DNA of 64,000 nt, from the NCBI RefSeq assembly GCF_035084215.1, contig NC_090345.1, forward strand, positions 25,048,001 to 25,112,000. Reading direction: 5' to 3'. Within the stretch, counting starts at the first letter, position 1, and each line of letters begins with the position of its first letter. The position numbers were made by a program, and so were the translations under genes. The notes beneath the pieces are model-generated. The model was not told the DNA's origin. It did no database searches and worked only from the letters and a program-made list of their open reading frames with translations. This DNA comes from Heptranchias perlo. Its lineage: Eukaryota. This document shows positions 1 through 14,285 of the stretch, piece by piece.

Positions 1-1379
1 ACTACACTTTTGATCTACAATGAGTGGACAGATGCATGGTTATCTGGCACTGAGCTCTACAGATCAGGAGGATCCAAAGTTTAAATCCCTGGCACTTGAA
101 GTGGCTTGTTGCAATTATGTCTCCATAAATAAACTGGATCACTGACTTAATATAGAAAGACATTAACAAGATTTGGCAGCATCTTCCTCATTCTTTGAAT
201 GTTAACCTTTGCATACCACAATGTCCATTTAGTCAACTAACATTTTAAATTTGATGGTTTTAAAACCCAGCTAAGTCACAATCTCCATGCAGTCAATTCA
301 CTTTTCTAAACCCAATAGACTAAGCTTATTTGCCAACTTCCTGGAGACCAAGTTAGTTATAAAGTGTCTTTGAACAGAAGTAGTTGTAGGAGGAAGGCCT
401 TACTATAATTTACCATTTGTTGATTCCACAGAAAATCAATTTAAATCTACCCCTTGATCTGAATTGCCACAATGAACGGGTAGAAGCAATCAATGCCTAT
501 GCTGTACACTCCTTTTGCGACAAGTAACCTCATTGGTCAGGGTTACTCCCTTACCAGAAGTAATATCTGCTTGCAACATTGACCAACTCACTGACGTGGA
601 AGTAAAAGCATTAATTGACACATCTGACCAATATCCTAAAGGACTCCAAGTGTCATGCAACCAAAAAGACAAGGAGCCACAAAACCCAATTTGTCAAAAT
701 TCTATGATGAGCTTGAGTAGATCAATTCTGATTTGAACACTTCTCAGCCACACTTCAAGAACTCATGGAAAGCAGTCAAAACTGTTTCTAACCAGTTATA
801 TCTTTCTCCCTCCAGAAGGAAGAATTCACAACCATACCCCTATTATCAGAAGTTCTTGACCACTGTATTTGTTGTAGTCATCTGCAACAAAGTATATGTA
901 TGACAAAAGGTTTGACAGGCTAATTGACTGCATGAAGGAGGTCAGGAGCAACGTAGAGGACCAAAAGTCCAACCATAGGGTAATAATTGAAGCAGCAAGA
1001 GTTGCAGCAGCAAGTTCATAACAAATAACAGGAGCACACTTCTGTCTGTAAAACCCCAAGAATGTAATTGCCTGGAACTCAGTCTCTTGTACTTAGAAGT
1101 GCAAAAACACTTACAGCTGCAGAATGCATTAAGCTATGAGAAAGTTTGTCTTCCTTGTGGTATTCCAGTCTAGCTCTACAGTTATTTTGCACTCAGTCAC
1201 TGAGATGAAATGAACATTTGTTCTAGCCCCAGTTACCTCTAGCTGTATGGTCATGCCACCAATAAAACTTATTTATTTAAATTGTCTCTAGTGATCCCCT
1301 GTGCTGTATGACTGGAATTTTTAATATATGGAGTGTAACAGAGCAAGGAGTTTGAAAAATTGCGAGACTTTTTTTGTAC

Positions 1380-1524
1380 CTTTTGTTTCTCTAATAACAA
1401 TGGCATTCAATAATCCTTTTCCTCTTACAGCAGTCACTATATCTGAAGGCAGTTTCATCAGCTCACTTCGGAGGAGCATTCCCATTTCCTCCGCATTTTC
1501 TGCCAAGTTTTCTTCTTCAAGTAC
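1380..1524 (-). CDS. OAT: Ornithine aminotransferase, exon 9 (145 bp); final exon 10 lies outside the window
   Basis: Translates [48 protein letters not shown]; AG/GT boundaries; phase consistent with exon 8. Confidence 0.97.
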
Positions 1525-2269
1525 CTGTATATTTCAGTTAAACGGATATTGCAAAAAAATCAAAAGTTTAGCCCAGTCATTCTTTACATATTTTTTAATC
1601 CCACTAAATTTAACATTAAAATGTTTAGGAACAGGAAACGCCCACGAGGCTTAAACAAACATTTCCCTTTTCACAGGTACCACCTACCTGCCCACCTCAC
1701 TACATCCCTCATATTTTTCTCTTGAAACCATTTATATAATCCATTTCAGAGGCCTTTCCTGATGACTTAGTCAACAACTCCATCATCCTTTGAGTGAAAA
1801 GGTTCCACCAGATATGCCTACTTACTTCAAACATCCTCATTTTTAAACTGTGTACCTGAAACCTTCAAAGTGAACAATTTTCCTTAATATTAAATTTTCT
1901 TCACAATCTTGAAAACTTCAGCTTGAAGTCTCTTGTCCAAAGAAAACTGTCCTTAACCTTCCCACACAATTTAAATCTCTAGAATTTATCAAACTACTGC
2001 CTTATCTCCAACCTGCCTGTTCTCACCAAGGGCCCTGAACATGCTGCCATCCAACTTTGCAGCATGGCCCCTAGCATTACCTGAACACCCTCCAAATTTC
2101 TGATCTGCTCACAATACCTGGGACATGAAAGTCGTGAACATTCTATGTGCCTGCAACTATGAGCTCATTGTTCAGCAACCACTCCATTCGCCAATATCTT
2201 GTGCATGGCCACCTTCAGTGTGTTCCATTTCTACATGTTGTAATATAGCCACCTTCTCCTACAATGCAG

Positions 2270-3200
2270 AGTGACATCTGCAACATGCCCCAGGTTCTAT
2301 CCTTAGTCCTCTTATCACTTACATGCTATCCCTCTAGATATTATTTGAAAGCATGGGATAAGCTTTTGTGTGTGTCAATGACACCCAATTCTACCTTTCT
2401 GCCATGGCTACCCCAAGGATGTGGCTACACTTTCAGATTGTCTGTCCAACCTCCAAGTCATTGTTGAGTTGAAATTTTCTTCAATTGACATTGGCAAAAT
2501 CAAAGTCATTGTTTTCAGTTCCTATTAGCATCTATGTAGATCTAACTGCAGCTCCACCAACCTCTCAGCTCAGGCTGAACCAGAGAGTGTGCACAACCCC
2601 AGCTCAACCCTGAGCTGAGATTCTTAAGCTACACATCTGGTCAGCTGTCATACTTCATTTTTCCACCTCCAGAACATTGCCCAACCGTTGTTCCCTGCTG
2701 AAAAACCCTAATACATGCCTTCATCACCCCAAGGATCAATTTCTCAAATGATTTCACCAATTTCCCTTCCTTCAGCCTTCACAAGTTTTGGTTAATCCAA
2801 AACTATTTCATGTTCTCTCACAGACAGTTCTACATGCCAAACACTTCTTTTCTTACCAAGTTCCACAAGCTACCTTTCACTCAGCTTATCAACCACAAGG
2901 CTCTTGTCCTAATTTTCAAATTCCTCCCGTCTCTCACCACCTTATCTGAGAAGTCTACTTCAGCCACATGCCCACCCACATCCTAGGTTCCTCCAGTTCT
3001 AGATTACTGTTCACCCCTTGCTCCACCCTCAGAGACCAATCTTTGGCACCACTGTCTTGCTCTTTGGAACTTTGCCCAAAAATAACTTTGCCTTGCTAGC
3101 CCATTCCTTCCTTCTAAAGCTTATAGGCCCATCTCTTTAGTCATAATATAATTCTCCCCCCTCTTAATTTCTCATCTGTTACCTGGTCAGTATCCTCCTC
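2270..3200 (+). mobile_element. Old L2-clade LINE 3' fragment
   Basis: Decayed PQGSxL / DDTQ-like RT segment, similar to 22282-23365. Confidence 0.6.
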
Positions 3201-3983
3201 TCCCACTTGCTAGGAACAGATGATCTAACTGATGTACAGTGTTATTTTTACCCACATTCACTTGAGCATTTGTGGTTCAGGTATTTGCTCATTATTACTA
3301 GACTGCAATGAACTAATGTAGTTTCTACCAATCAATTTCAAGTAATTTATTGCAACAATGGATTAATTTGCATTTGTACGACCCACATCCATCACCCTGG
3401 GATATAGTAACAAGGCTGACACTACCAAACTGCATTTAATTCAACCGCATTCAAGTGGATGATACATGTCACAATTCAGTTAAATATGATTTACTGAAAA
3501 AAAATGCCTGGTTCACAGATTTAGTACCAGCACAAATGAGTTTAAAGCTACGGCACAAAAAACCTGCAGCATTATAAAACAAGCATTAATGTACAGGCTG
3601 CAGGTTATGCACACCAGTGTTATGATACAAATTTAGTACCTCTGTGGGGTTGTTAGTAATCAGTTCGTCCACTATCTCAATTTTTATTAAAACAAATTAA
3701 AGCCAGGGAGACCTACTTAACTTTGGTTTGCTCACAGCACAAAATCCATGTTTGTATTTTGATAGTGATGCATTGCTTTTTGCTACTGGGAAATAGCAGC
3801 CAAATTTGGTAAAAATCTAAAGTTATTGAAGTTACTAAAATAAGCCAATTCTGCTACAGTGAAGGAAATTGAAATTAAAAGTAAAATTATGAATCAGCTT
3901 AAAGATTCAAATAGAGAGACAAGTTCACCCAATACTATAAGTATACTATCCTATAAAGTAATCTTTGCCAAAAAGAAAAAAAA

Positions 3984-4395
3984 AACTTTCATTTAGATAG
4001 TGCCTTATCACATTCTCCTCCTTAGAAGCGTTTTACAACCATGAATTGCTTTTGAAGTGCACAATTACATTGGCAAACATGGCGCCAATTTACACTCAGC
4101 AAGGCCCCATTAACAGCAAATGAATGAATGACCAGATAATCGGTTTGTGGTCTTGGTTGAGGGAGGAATATTGGCCCAGGCACCAGGGAAACGCCTTGCT
4201 CTTTGAATAGTGCCATGGAATCTTGTCAACCTGAGCAGACAGACGAGGCCTTATCCGAAAGACAGCGCCTCTAACAATACAGTGCTCACTCAGTACTGCA
4301 CTGATGTCAGCCTAGGTTATGGTCAAATCTGAGGTGAGGTTTGAGCCCACAATATTTTGACTTAGGAGAGCGTGTTACCAATTGAACTAAACTGA
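3984..4395 (-). mobile_element. tRNA-derived Deu-domain SINE (SacSINE1/AmnSINE1-like)
   Basis: Homologous to 50939-51392 in reverse (CACTCAGTACTGCACTG, GTCAGCCTAG, B-box-like head). Confidence 0.7.
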
Positions 4396-4806
4396 ATATT
4401 TTTGTGATTGCTAACATTACAGTAAACAACATTATACAGTGGAGTTTTTAAACCCCCTAGAGATAATAAGCCTTTTTCATTGAAAGAAAATGGCCACCAC
4501 AAGAGCCCCAGCTAACAGGCTAAAGGCACAATTACTGTAATCATTCCACAACAATCTAGAATATACTTTCATATGTAATGGCAACAAAACACCTCACTGA
4601 GAACTGATTGCCACAGTCAAGAAAAAGGAAAGGAAAACTAAAAAAAATTAAGTACCACCATGACCTATTTTGGTAGCCAATAATGAATAGAGTACTCCCA
4701 CTAAGAAGGTGGAATTTATTTCAAGTGAAAAATCATTAATTGGACAAAGGTTTTTAAAACTCACTCATGTAACCAACTTCCCCCACTCTGCATCCCTTAG
4801 ACATAC

Positions 4807-4920
4807 CTCAAGGGCAGCCATAGCAACACGGCATGCTAATGGATTGCCACCATATGTGGACCCATGCTGACCAGGTTTAATGGTCAACATAATTTCATCA
4901 TTGCACAACACTGCTGAAAC
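4807..4920 (-). CDS. OAT: OAT exon 8 (114 bp)
   Basis: [38 protein letters not shown]; ttgcag| ... |gtatgt. Confidence 0.97.
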
Positions 4921-5872
4921 CTGCAAAGGGAGAAAAATTGTCAACTCAATTCATTAAGAATAAGATACAATTATTAGCTACATTTTCTTTTGAACAAAAT
5001 ACTGTTATAACGGAGACCAAAATCAATGCACACTATTAGCCGTCTGCCCTTGAAAATCATGATGGTCACAGGCACAAGTTGTTCTGAAGAAGTAAAGAAC
5101 TTGGAAAAGCAGCATAATTTACCATATAACTAAGATTACAATTCCTGTCTCATCATGAAAGAAAATAAAAGCAGGGAATGCATAGTCCTTTTGATACTTG
5201 GGTGTGTTCAGTCTTGCATATACAGGAATGCATAACAGTTTTCTAGCAGAAACTCTGCTTAGGATGTAGATGAAAACTTGTGGAATATACCATAACATAA
5301 CACCAAATGATGAGGTGGGGTTCATTTAAGTCTAATTATATACATTTTCTAGGTTACAAAAATTACCTGCCTGGTGCTGGTCAATTAATTCCTGAAGGAG
5401 CACATTATGCTTGGTAGCTTAGTAGAGAAGGTGATAGTGATGCATCTATACAATCGATTTGGTTTCTTAAAAAAAATAGCATACCAAATTCTCACTGCTG
5501 AATAGAATGCTGAAAGCCCTCCTTCACATATATTGTGGGCAAAGTGAGTAATGAATGTTTAGAAAATTTAACAAACTTCCCTAGGATACCATGGAACTGA
5601 AGCCCAACGATATCGAGACCTTGTAAAATCGGGCTTCAATTTTTGAAACAATTACTGCTCTCCACTAGGTTCAGCAAAAAGGCTCCAAAAGCCTATTTCT
5701 ATTATGGCATCCAGCAAATTAACATAAATTACCATATTTCTTGAATTCAATTTTACAATTTGTCTTGGTGGGATTTGAACTCAATCTGCAGATCCCTAGT
5801 CCAGTACCATACCCTTTGCTATGTTGGATACACTTCAGATTACATCTGAAAATCATGTATAGCATTACTCAC

Positions 5873-6001
5873 GGGATACACGCCTCCAGAGAGGGCTTTT
5901 CCTAGCACAACAATATCTGGTCTGACATCTTCATGATCACATGCCAATCGCCGTCCAGTCCTAGCCAACCCAGTCTGCACTTCATCTGCGATGAACAGGA
6001 C
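5873..6001 (-). CDS. OAT: OAT exon 7 (129 bp), contains the PLP-binding lysine
   Basis: [43 protein letters not shown]; class-III aminotransferase signature; canonical splice sites. Confidence 0.98.
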
Positions 6002-6102
6002 CTATTCAATCATACAGAATCATAACTAAAGATTCTTCCTGTTTAAATTCAGTAAACTAAAGTATTATTAAGCTTTGTTACAACTACATTTCTACAACTC
6101 AC

Positions 6103-6225
6103 ATCATATTTTGTGCACAATTCTCTCACTCCTTGAAGGTAGCCATCATCAGGAATAATTACACCAGCTTCTCCCTGGATTGGTTCTACCATAAATGCTG
6201 CCATATTAGGATCCTGGAATGCACG
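6103..6225 (-). CDS. OAT: OAT exon 6 (123 bp)
   Basis: [41 protein letters not shown]; tttag| ... |gtgagt. Confidence 0.97.
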
Positions 6226-6326
6226 CTAAAAAGAGAGCTGCAATTATCTAGTCGTAATATTTACATAAAACTAAATCAAAATTTCAACTATAACAAAACG
6301 TTAAATCTAATTATAATTTTCATTAC

Positions 6327-6454
6327 CTCTATTGCTGGCAGATCATTGTAAGGAATAATTTCAAACCCAGGCATAAATGGCCCAAATCCTTCATAACTAC
6401 TAGAGTCTGTTGAACTGGAAATGGCAGACATCGTTCTACCCCAAAAATTACCAG
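6327..6454 (-). CDS. OAT: OAT exon 5 (128 bp)
   Basis: [42 protein letters not shown]; canonical splice sites. Confidence 0.97.
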
Positions 6455-7019
6455 CTGAAGAAAAGGGGAAATAAAGTATTAAAAGATAATGTGAATACTG
6501 CTTGAACCTTCAGACATTTCAAATTTTCTAGCTCTTAAAATATTTATGGACGGAGGATACTGCAAACCCATTTATTAAAAAGTATTTTATCCATGAGTTC
6601 AAGATGTATTTCACAAGTATGACAAAGCATTTTTCATAGAAAAAAACCCTTTGACTACCCTAAGTTTATATTTTTAAACCAGGATTTTACCAGAATTCAT
6701 ACAATTTAAATAACCAAATGAGAAAATACGAACTTTTGCACCATTATACATTACCAATTAAAATGATCATTTATTTTTCAGTCCTAGAGTATTCTAAATG
6801 GACAGTCTGTTGAATTCTGTCAAAGAACTGAGCAAAATATTAAATTTACAAAGCCCTATATAGTTTTTAAAAAATCATTATGGCATCAGATATTTTTGAA
6901 TGCTGTAAATACTGAGGACTTCAATTCACAGCGACAGGATTATTTAATGCAAATTACAACTGTAATGATTAAATACTACATGAAACTGATGTCCCACTCA
7001 GTTATTTTTAAAATCTTAC

Positions 7020-7115
7020 CTGCAAAAAGGATTTTTGCCTTATATTTAGGAATTCCCTTTACTGAATATGCCCATTTGCGAGCCAACTTGCAAGCAGATT
7101 CTCCGCCTTCCACAC
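7020..7115 (-). CDS. OAT: OAT exon 4 (96 bp)
   Basis: [31 protein letters not shown]; tttag| ... |gtaag. Confidence 0.97.
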
Positions 7116-7717
7116 CTAAAGCAAAATTTTAAGTTTAAGATTCCTAAAGCAAATAAAATTTAAAAAACAATTACCAGAAGCGGAACAGAATTCCGTTCGC
7201 ATGCAAGGTAAATGGTTCAGAGCACAAATTATTACATTCTTAAAGGGTAAACAGAAGGAACATTAGAAATTTCAGAATTATTTGAACTAGTTGGAACAGA
7301 ACAACAAGTCTGTATTGCCAAATTTCAAGTCACGTTCTACCCGCCTTTCAATCTGACTACATGACAGTGGGTAGTTCATAATCCCCATTCCCATTCTGCT
7401 GGATACTATTTTCCTCAGAAAATGTGAGCTTAGGACTCTGAAATCATGAATACAAAAATCACATGGCCAAGATTTGCAGCTGAAGTCCATCCAACACTGC
7501 TAATTGAGCCCGAAGTCATATGGTTGCTTAACTGACAGTAAAATACATCTGAAAAAGCTTTTAGGTGCCAATATTTTAATTTTTACTCAAAAAGAGCAAA
7601 CAACCATTATAGATTGCATAGTAAACAATAGGCACTTACCACTTACACTTGTTCATCAGGATGGAATATTGGGCAAGGGAACAAGATGTCATAATAGGCT
7701 AGAATGCAATTGCTTTA

Positions 7718-8520
7718 ATTTCATAGTGTCTACAGCACAGAAACAGATCATTCGGCCCAACTGAGCTCCACACGAGCCTCCTCTCACCCCTATTCATCTA
7801 ACCCTACCAGCATATCCTTCTATTCCTTTCTCCTACATATGCTTATCTAGCTTCCCCTTAAATGCATCTATGCTATCTGCCTCAACTACTCCTTGTGGTA
7901 GTGAGTTCCACATGGGTAAAGAGGTTTCTCCTGAATTCCCTATTGGATTTATTGGCGACTATCTTATATTTATGGCCCCTAGTTTTGGTCTCCACCATAA
8001 GTGGAAACAACTTCTCTACATCTACCCTATCAAAATTTTTAAAGACCTCTATCTGGTCACCCTTCAGTCTTCTCTTTTCTAAAGAAAAAAGCCCCAGCCT
8101 GTTCAATCTTTCCTGATAGGATGATACCAGAACTGAGGATATCCTCATGAATCTTTTTGCACCTTCTCCAGTGCTTCTATATCCTTTTTATAATATGGAG
8201 ACCAGAACAGTGCTCAATAGTCCAAATTTAACATAATTTCTCTGCTTTTCGATTCCATCCCTCAAAAAATTAACCCCGGTGCTTGATATGCTTTTTTTTT
8301 TTTAAGGGCCTTATTAATCTGTGTCGCTACTTCTAGCGATTTGTGTATCTGTACCCCAAGATACCTTTGTTCCTCTTCCTCATTTAAGACTATTATCCAA
8401 GCAGTATGTGGCCTCCTATTCTTCCTACTAAAATGTAACACCTCACACTTGTCTGTATTGAAATTTGTTTTCCAATTACACAGCCATTCCACAAGTTTAT
8501 TAATGTCTTCTTGTATTTTG
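7718..8520 (-). mobile_element. CR1 LINE 3' fragment
   Basis: RLNRLGLFSLEKRRLKGDQIEVFK, FNTDKCEVLHF; CR1-type 3' UTR. Confidence 0.9.
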
Positions 8521-9479
8521 ATAAGTACTTCAATTCATTGGATATGACTGATCAAAACAGTAGAAATAACAAAAGAAAAACAGAAGCAACATGGGTTAAA
8601 ATTAGCAATCAAGACAATAACGGTCATCCACTACCTCAAGGTGAACAAGTAGAGTGTTGTTTAACCAACAGCCTACAACAAACAAGAAATCACACTGTGT
8701 TAATCAACAGTTTCAGAGGTAAAGCAGCTAAAGTAGGGTCAATCAGAAGGGAAAGAAACAAGTAATTTTGCAGAGAAAAATCAGTAACTTCTTAATCTGC
8801 CATATGAAACCCTATATTTGGGGCAGGTGCTTTCACATTTATTATTTAGCATCCCATCAGGACTATCAGTAACTTGGTTATAGGTGAACACTTGCGTTCT
8901 GGTGACCCCTGTAGAGTAAAATAACCCTGACAGCATGAGTTTACTCACTCACTCAGGTGTCACATTGCTCTGGGGGTGAAAGGATTTATTAATCAGCAGA
9001 ACCTTTTCTGTTGAAATGTTTTACATGCAAATATAAATTACCCAATCGATACAGAATCACATAAATCTGAATATTCTGGGCTTCTGATTGGCTTCAAGAC
9101 TGTTCCCAAACAATGAAAATGCATGTCTTTTTAAAAAATATTGCTTCTCTCTGAAATGAATGGCAAGAGCCAAGAGGAAGTTACTTGAAAGTTAGAAAGT
9201 CAGGTTAACAGAAAAAGTAAAATTAAACAAAAAGACAAGTGAGAAAGAATTGAGAGAAATGGAGTCAAAAAAGAAACACTGTAGATAACAGTGAAAGGCA
9301 AAGTATGCCCCAATGGTTAAAAGGGCATGTGGCAGAACAAAACTTTTATTAACTAGGAATGTGCACAGACAAATTAGCTTGAAGCAGAAAGCATTTTACA
9401 AACTTTAGGAAATTAACTCACAGCAGAACAGGGGCAAATATAACAAGCAATTGAGGGAGACAATAGCAGCCATTAGAGA

Positions 9480-11350
9480 GAGGCTAAGAGATCTCTGGAA
9501 AAGGTGGTGCACAATTGTTGTAGTAATAGCAAAAGTTACTTCAGCTAGATCAGGAATCAGAAGACCATTAAAGATCGTATAGGGCTACTAAAAGGTTTAG
9601 GACAGATTCTCAAGTTATAGCAGAGCTGTTAAATGACTATTTCACATCAATCTATATTCCTATGGATGGTGCTCATGTTCCAGTTGTGGGATGTCCTATA
9701 TTATAAATATTAAAATAGAAAGATGTCATCTTGAATAGAATAGTAAATCTCAAAATAGATAGGGCCCAGGTCCAGATGACATACACCCATGAATGATTAG
9801 AGATGGGACAGGTGCTCTCTGAGCCACTTGCCTGTATCTTCAATAGAGTCAGGATAGTTCCCTTAGATTGGAAGATAGTTCATGTAGTTCCGATTTTCAA
9901 AAAAAGGGGACAAATCAAATCCAGCAAACTACAGGCCCATCAGCCATCATGGGGAAAATGCTTGGAGATCAGATCCTAAGGGATGCTCTTTATAATCACT
10001 GCTAAAGAGAGGCCATTAGAATTACTCAACACGGCTTCTGGAAAAGAAGGTGTCTTACCAACTTGATTGAGTTGTTTTTGAAAAAGTAACTAGGTTAAGT
10101 TTATGAGGGTAATCCAGTTGACATCGTCTACCTGGATTTTCAGAAAGCCTTCGATAAATTACTTTACAAGACAGAATTTTGCGGTATCAGTGGGAATTTG
10201 ATACACTGGATTAGGAGTTGACTCCAATCCCACAGGCAAAAGGTTATAGATCAACCTGGAGGCAGGTTACTAGTGGTGACCCCCAGGGATCGCTGGTAGG
10301 TCCACTACTGTTCATTGTTTTTATTAACCCGACCTAGGCAATGGTGATGGAGGTATGGTTTGCAAATTTGCTGAGGATACTAAAATTTGTGCAAGGGTTG
10401 AGACTGTAGAGGAGTATAATCTTCTGCAAATAGATTTAGATGTGCTAGGGGAACTGGCCAAACAATGGCAAATGACAGAATATACTTACCCATTTACAGG
10501 GAACGATATTGAAAGCAGTTGAGAGAGAAAAGGATTTAGGTGTTATTGTGCAGAATGCTCAAAGTTCACGACCAATGCAGAGAAGCTGTAGTCAAAGCAC
10601 ACAATGTATTGGGTTGTATTAATAGAACCAGTCAGTAACAAATCAAAGGACACCACTCTGTCAGCATACAGGTCGTTGGTTAGACCACGTCTGGAGTACT
10701 GTGCCCAGTTTTGATCCCCTCATAGTGGGTGATTGAAACCTTTCCAAGCCAACTCTAAGGAGAGCTGCAAGAATGATTCATAGCTTAAAGAACATTACTC
10801 AGATAGACTTAAACAGCTGGGTCTATTTACTTTAAAGCAGCGTAGACCATTGTAAAATAATGAGCTGGAGTGTGTGCCTATTGATTTCAGATTGGGAAGG
10901 ACCAGGGACATCCATATAAACTACACAGAAGGAGGAATAGGTTAGATGCTAGGTGGGTTCTTCTTTTCCTAGAGACTAGTGAGACTCTGGAACGCATTGC
11001 CCACTTGTGCAATATGTGCAGACTCTCTGCAAGCTTCAAGAGGTAGCTGGACCGGATCTTGGCCAAGGCAGAGATCACATCATATCAAAAAGTAAGTGGA
11101 TTTACAGTTAACGTACACATGGTCAGTGTGACCTAGGCTGGTTTTGATCGCCTGAGGGGGTTGGAGAAGAATTTTCCAGATTTTATTTCCCTTATTGACC
11201 CTGGGTTTTTTTGGCTCTCCCAGAAGATCACTTCTATGGGGTTCGGGGGTGGGGGGGGGGCTAAGAAAGGGTCTAGTTATGATGCTCCAGGCAACATGGG
11301 TATAGGGCAGGCTTGATGGACCAGCTGGTCTTTCCCTGTCCATCATTTAT
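9480..11350 (+). mobile_element. CR1 LINE fragment (RT to 3' UTR), frameshifted
   Basis: FKKGDKSNPANYRPIS, IVYLDFQKAFD, KFAEDTK, RPRLEYCAQF read from the DNA. Confidence 0.9.
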
Positions 11351-12702
11351 GTGCATACATCAGGCATCACTAATGAAGACGGGACAAAATTCTAGATATC
11401 TTGGTTTAGGGATCTATAACATTAATAGAGTTCAGTAAAATATAAAAAACACAAATGAAGTGTACACAAGGAACTTAGACCAGATGGGATGAAAGGCTCC
11501 ATAAACACAAACCCTGTACCTGAATACTGGAGGGTAGTGACCATAGAATCAGTGATAATTAAAAAAAGGAGAAACCCATTAATTATAGACCAGCTAGCCC
11601 AACATTGTTGATGATCAATATCAAAAATATTTTATAAGATGTTATTTTATTCACCTGAAGGAGAGGACCTAAGCAGTAGTCAACATGGATTTAGAAGCAA
11701 TAGGCCATACCTCAAATCCACTGCTATTCTTTGAGGTGGTAACTGAATTAGTGGACAAAGGTGACCAGCGGGCATGATTCACTTACATTTTAAAAAGATT
11801 CCGAACCCATGTCTTAATTTTCTGATTTTATTTTAAACTATGTTCCAGTTTAAAAACTGCATATTTGAACAATATTCTCCAAATTCCCCACCTTACAATA
11901 AAGGAAAATTGATGCAAGTTAGTTAAATGTCAGACTGGTTGGAACAGCAACAAGGCACAGGTTTGAATCAAAGGTTCTCTACAGAATGCCCTGACTTGCC
12001 AGCCAAGTTAGACAGCTGACTAGATTCATGGCATCACCCAGATCAAAAACTGATGGCAAGTGAATCTGGGATGGTCTTGGGTACTTAACCACTTACACTG
12101 GCAGAGGCAGAGTATTTTGATTGGTTAATAGTTTAAATGAAGCAGTCAGGATTTCGTAAGTATGGAGAGGTAGATTTTGATCGGCTGATTTCCAAAAACT
12201 GGTAATATTTTCTTTGGAATATGAATAAGGTAGTCTGCTGCAGAACACCAAGTAATGATACAGAATACCACCGAACTGTGAGCTTCTCATTTAAAAGGTT
12301 TTTAAAACCTTTAATCTGATTTTAAAAAATAACAATCCTCTCTTTGCATCTCCACATTTCGCAGAGCATGAGCGATTAAAATCAAAAAACGTGTGCAGTG
12401 GTGCACAAACAGCTGCTTCATAAATAGTAGAACTCTAGCACATGCTCTTAAATTCTCTACCCAATGAGGTGCTGGTAAGAGGACAAGTGTGTCCTTGCAA
12501 TCATCCATAAGTAGCCCTCTGCACTTTCGTGTGGAACTTTTCATAGCTGTGTTTGCAAAGACCTTGGAGCGTGTGTCCTATAGATACCATACCAGTGAAA
12601 TGGTCCATACCATAAGAAATGAAAAGATTAAAATGAGAAAAATACGCTTTTTTTAAAAAAAGCTGTGAACATTCTATATTAAACAATCTGTTGTATACTA
12701 AC

Positions 12703-12927
12703 CTGTATTCATTGGCAACAACTTCTTGTAGTTGAACAACTTAGCAACATACTCTTCATACTCTCCCAGTACATTATTGTAGAAAGCTCGTGAAGTGAGT
12801 GTCAATTTATCAGCTTGAGATTTAAGTGCTCCAATAATCTTTGGGTGACAATGGCCCTGATTCACAGCACTGTAAGCACTCAGGAAGTCGAAGTACCGCC
12901 TGCCTTCCACATCCCACACATAAACTC
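12703..12927 (-). CDS. OAT: OAT exon 3 (225 bp)
   Basis: [31 protein letters not shown]...KKLLPMNT; ttttcag| ... |gttagt. Confidence 0.98.
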
Positions 12928-13074
12928 CTGAAAAGTTAAGTTGGATCAAAGCTATTATCTTTGTTAAATATTTTATTTTGCTCAAACAATATTTGCAGTC
13001 CTTTACTTTGCTGTCAATAGGAAAATCTAATTCACAAGATCAATCCCTCAACTCTAGTTTCATATCAATGCAAA

Positions 13075-13810
13075 CTTGTTACATTTGCAGATGATACCAA
13101 GCTAGGAGGGGCAGTGGAATTGAAGGAGGGAGCAGAAAAATTACAAGCTGAACAAAATGTGAGAGTGGCCAGAAAATTGGCTCGTGAAATTTCAGGCAGA
13201 TAAGTGTTGCATATAGGAAGGAAAATGGGTGACGTATTCCACAAATGGTGTTAAAATAGCTGGAAATGAAATTGAAAGAGACCTAGAAGTGTTAGTAGAC
13301 TCTATGCCCAACATGCCCAAGCAAAGCTGAGCAGCAAAGCAAAAAAATTGAATACATAGCCAAAACAGTTTGGTACAAGTCAGAGGAAGTCATGATAAAA
13401 CTATAGTGTTCTGGCCAGATGACACTGTATCTATTTCAGACCGATGCACAAGGGAGACAGAAAAACCACGAGGCAGATCTCTAGTTTCAGAGGCCTGCAA
13501 GATGAGGAAAGATTGGAGAAACTTGAGCTTTTCAGCCTCAAAAGAAGAAATCTAATATAATTAACAGTAAGGAAAAGTTAAGTCCAGAAAATTAAATTGT
13601 AAGAGTAAGGCAAGGCGACAAGCTCAAATTAGCAAACAGCAAATTTCAGACTAATATTAGGAAGTTCTTCATGCACAGCGACCAATACATAGAATATATA
13701 GTGAAGGTAAAACCATGAAACAATTTAAGATCTAATTGGATGCTGTAATGCAGGGGGGACTTCAGGTTATTTGTGGATGGATAATGAGCTGAATGGCTTC
13801 TCTCATCCAC
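13075..13810 (+). mobile_element. Old CR1 fragment
   Basis: FADDTKLGG at about 13084, followed by decayed CR1 3' motifs. Confidence 0.75.
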
Positions 13811-14083
13811 AGAGATCTCATGATAAATACACAGACATCCAAACTATGGATGTGCATAGCCACCAAGCTTTGAATCAAAATTGTCTTAGGCAAGCTCAAA
13901 ATAAAATATACAATACTGTACTCTATTTCACCATTTCAACCACTTTGGACAGAACATAGAACAAATAATACCAATTATATTTAGCTCAAAAAGTACAAAC
14001 AATTCTGTAGAGGTATTTGACTTGTGCTTAAATTTAAACCTAGTATTAGCTGATCTTACAATCAAGTATTCAGGAATGCCTAC

Positions 14084-14285
14084 CTTCCCCTCTGGCCAAA
14101 GCTACAGGCAGTGGATCATAATTGTGTGCACCATACTTTTCTTCACGTGCAAAAACCTCTTCTGAAGTGAGTGACTTCTCAGTTTTTAATGATGTTTCTG
14201 TGGAAGCAGAGTAAGCCACTGTCTTGAGACTTCGCTTCAAGACTGAAGCACTGGAATTTAGGTATGGTGACAATCGAGACAGCAT
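14084..14285 (-). CDS. OAT: OAT exon 2 coding part (exon starts at 14309); start codon and mitochondrial presequence
   Basis: ATG at 14285; [22 protein letters not shown] (basic, hydroxylated, no acidic residues) ...[20 protein letters not shown]; acceptor tgcag at 14310, donor gtaggc. Confidence 0.95.
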
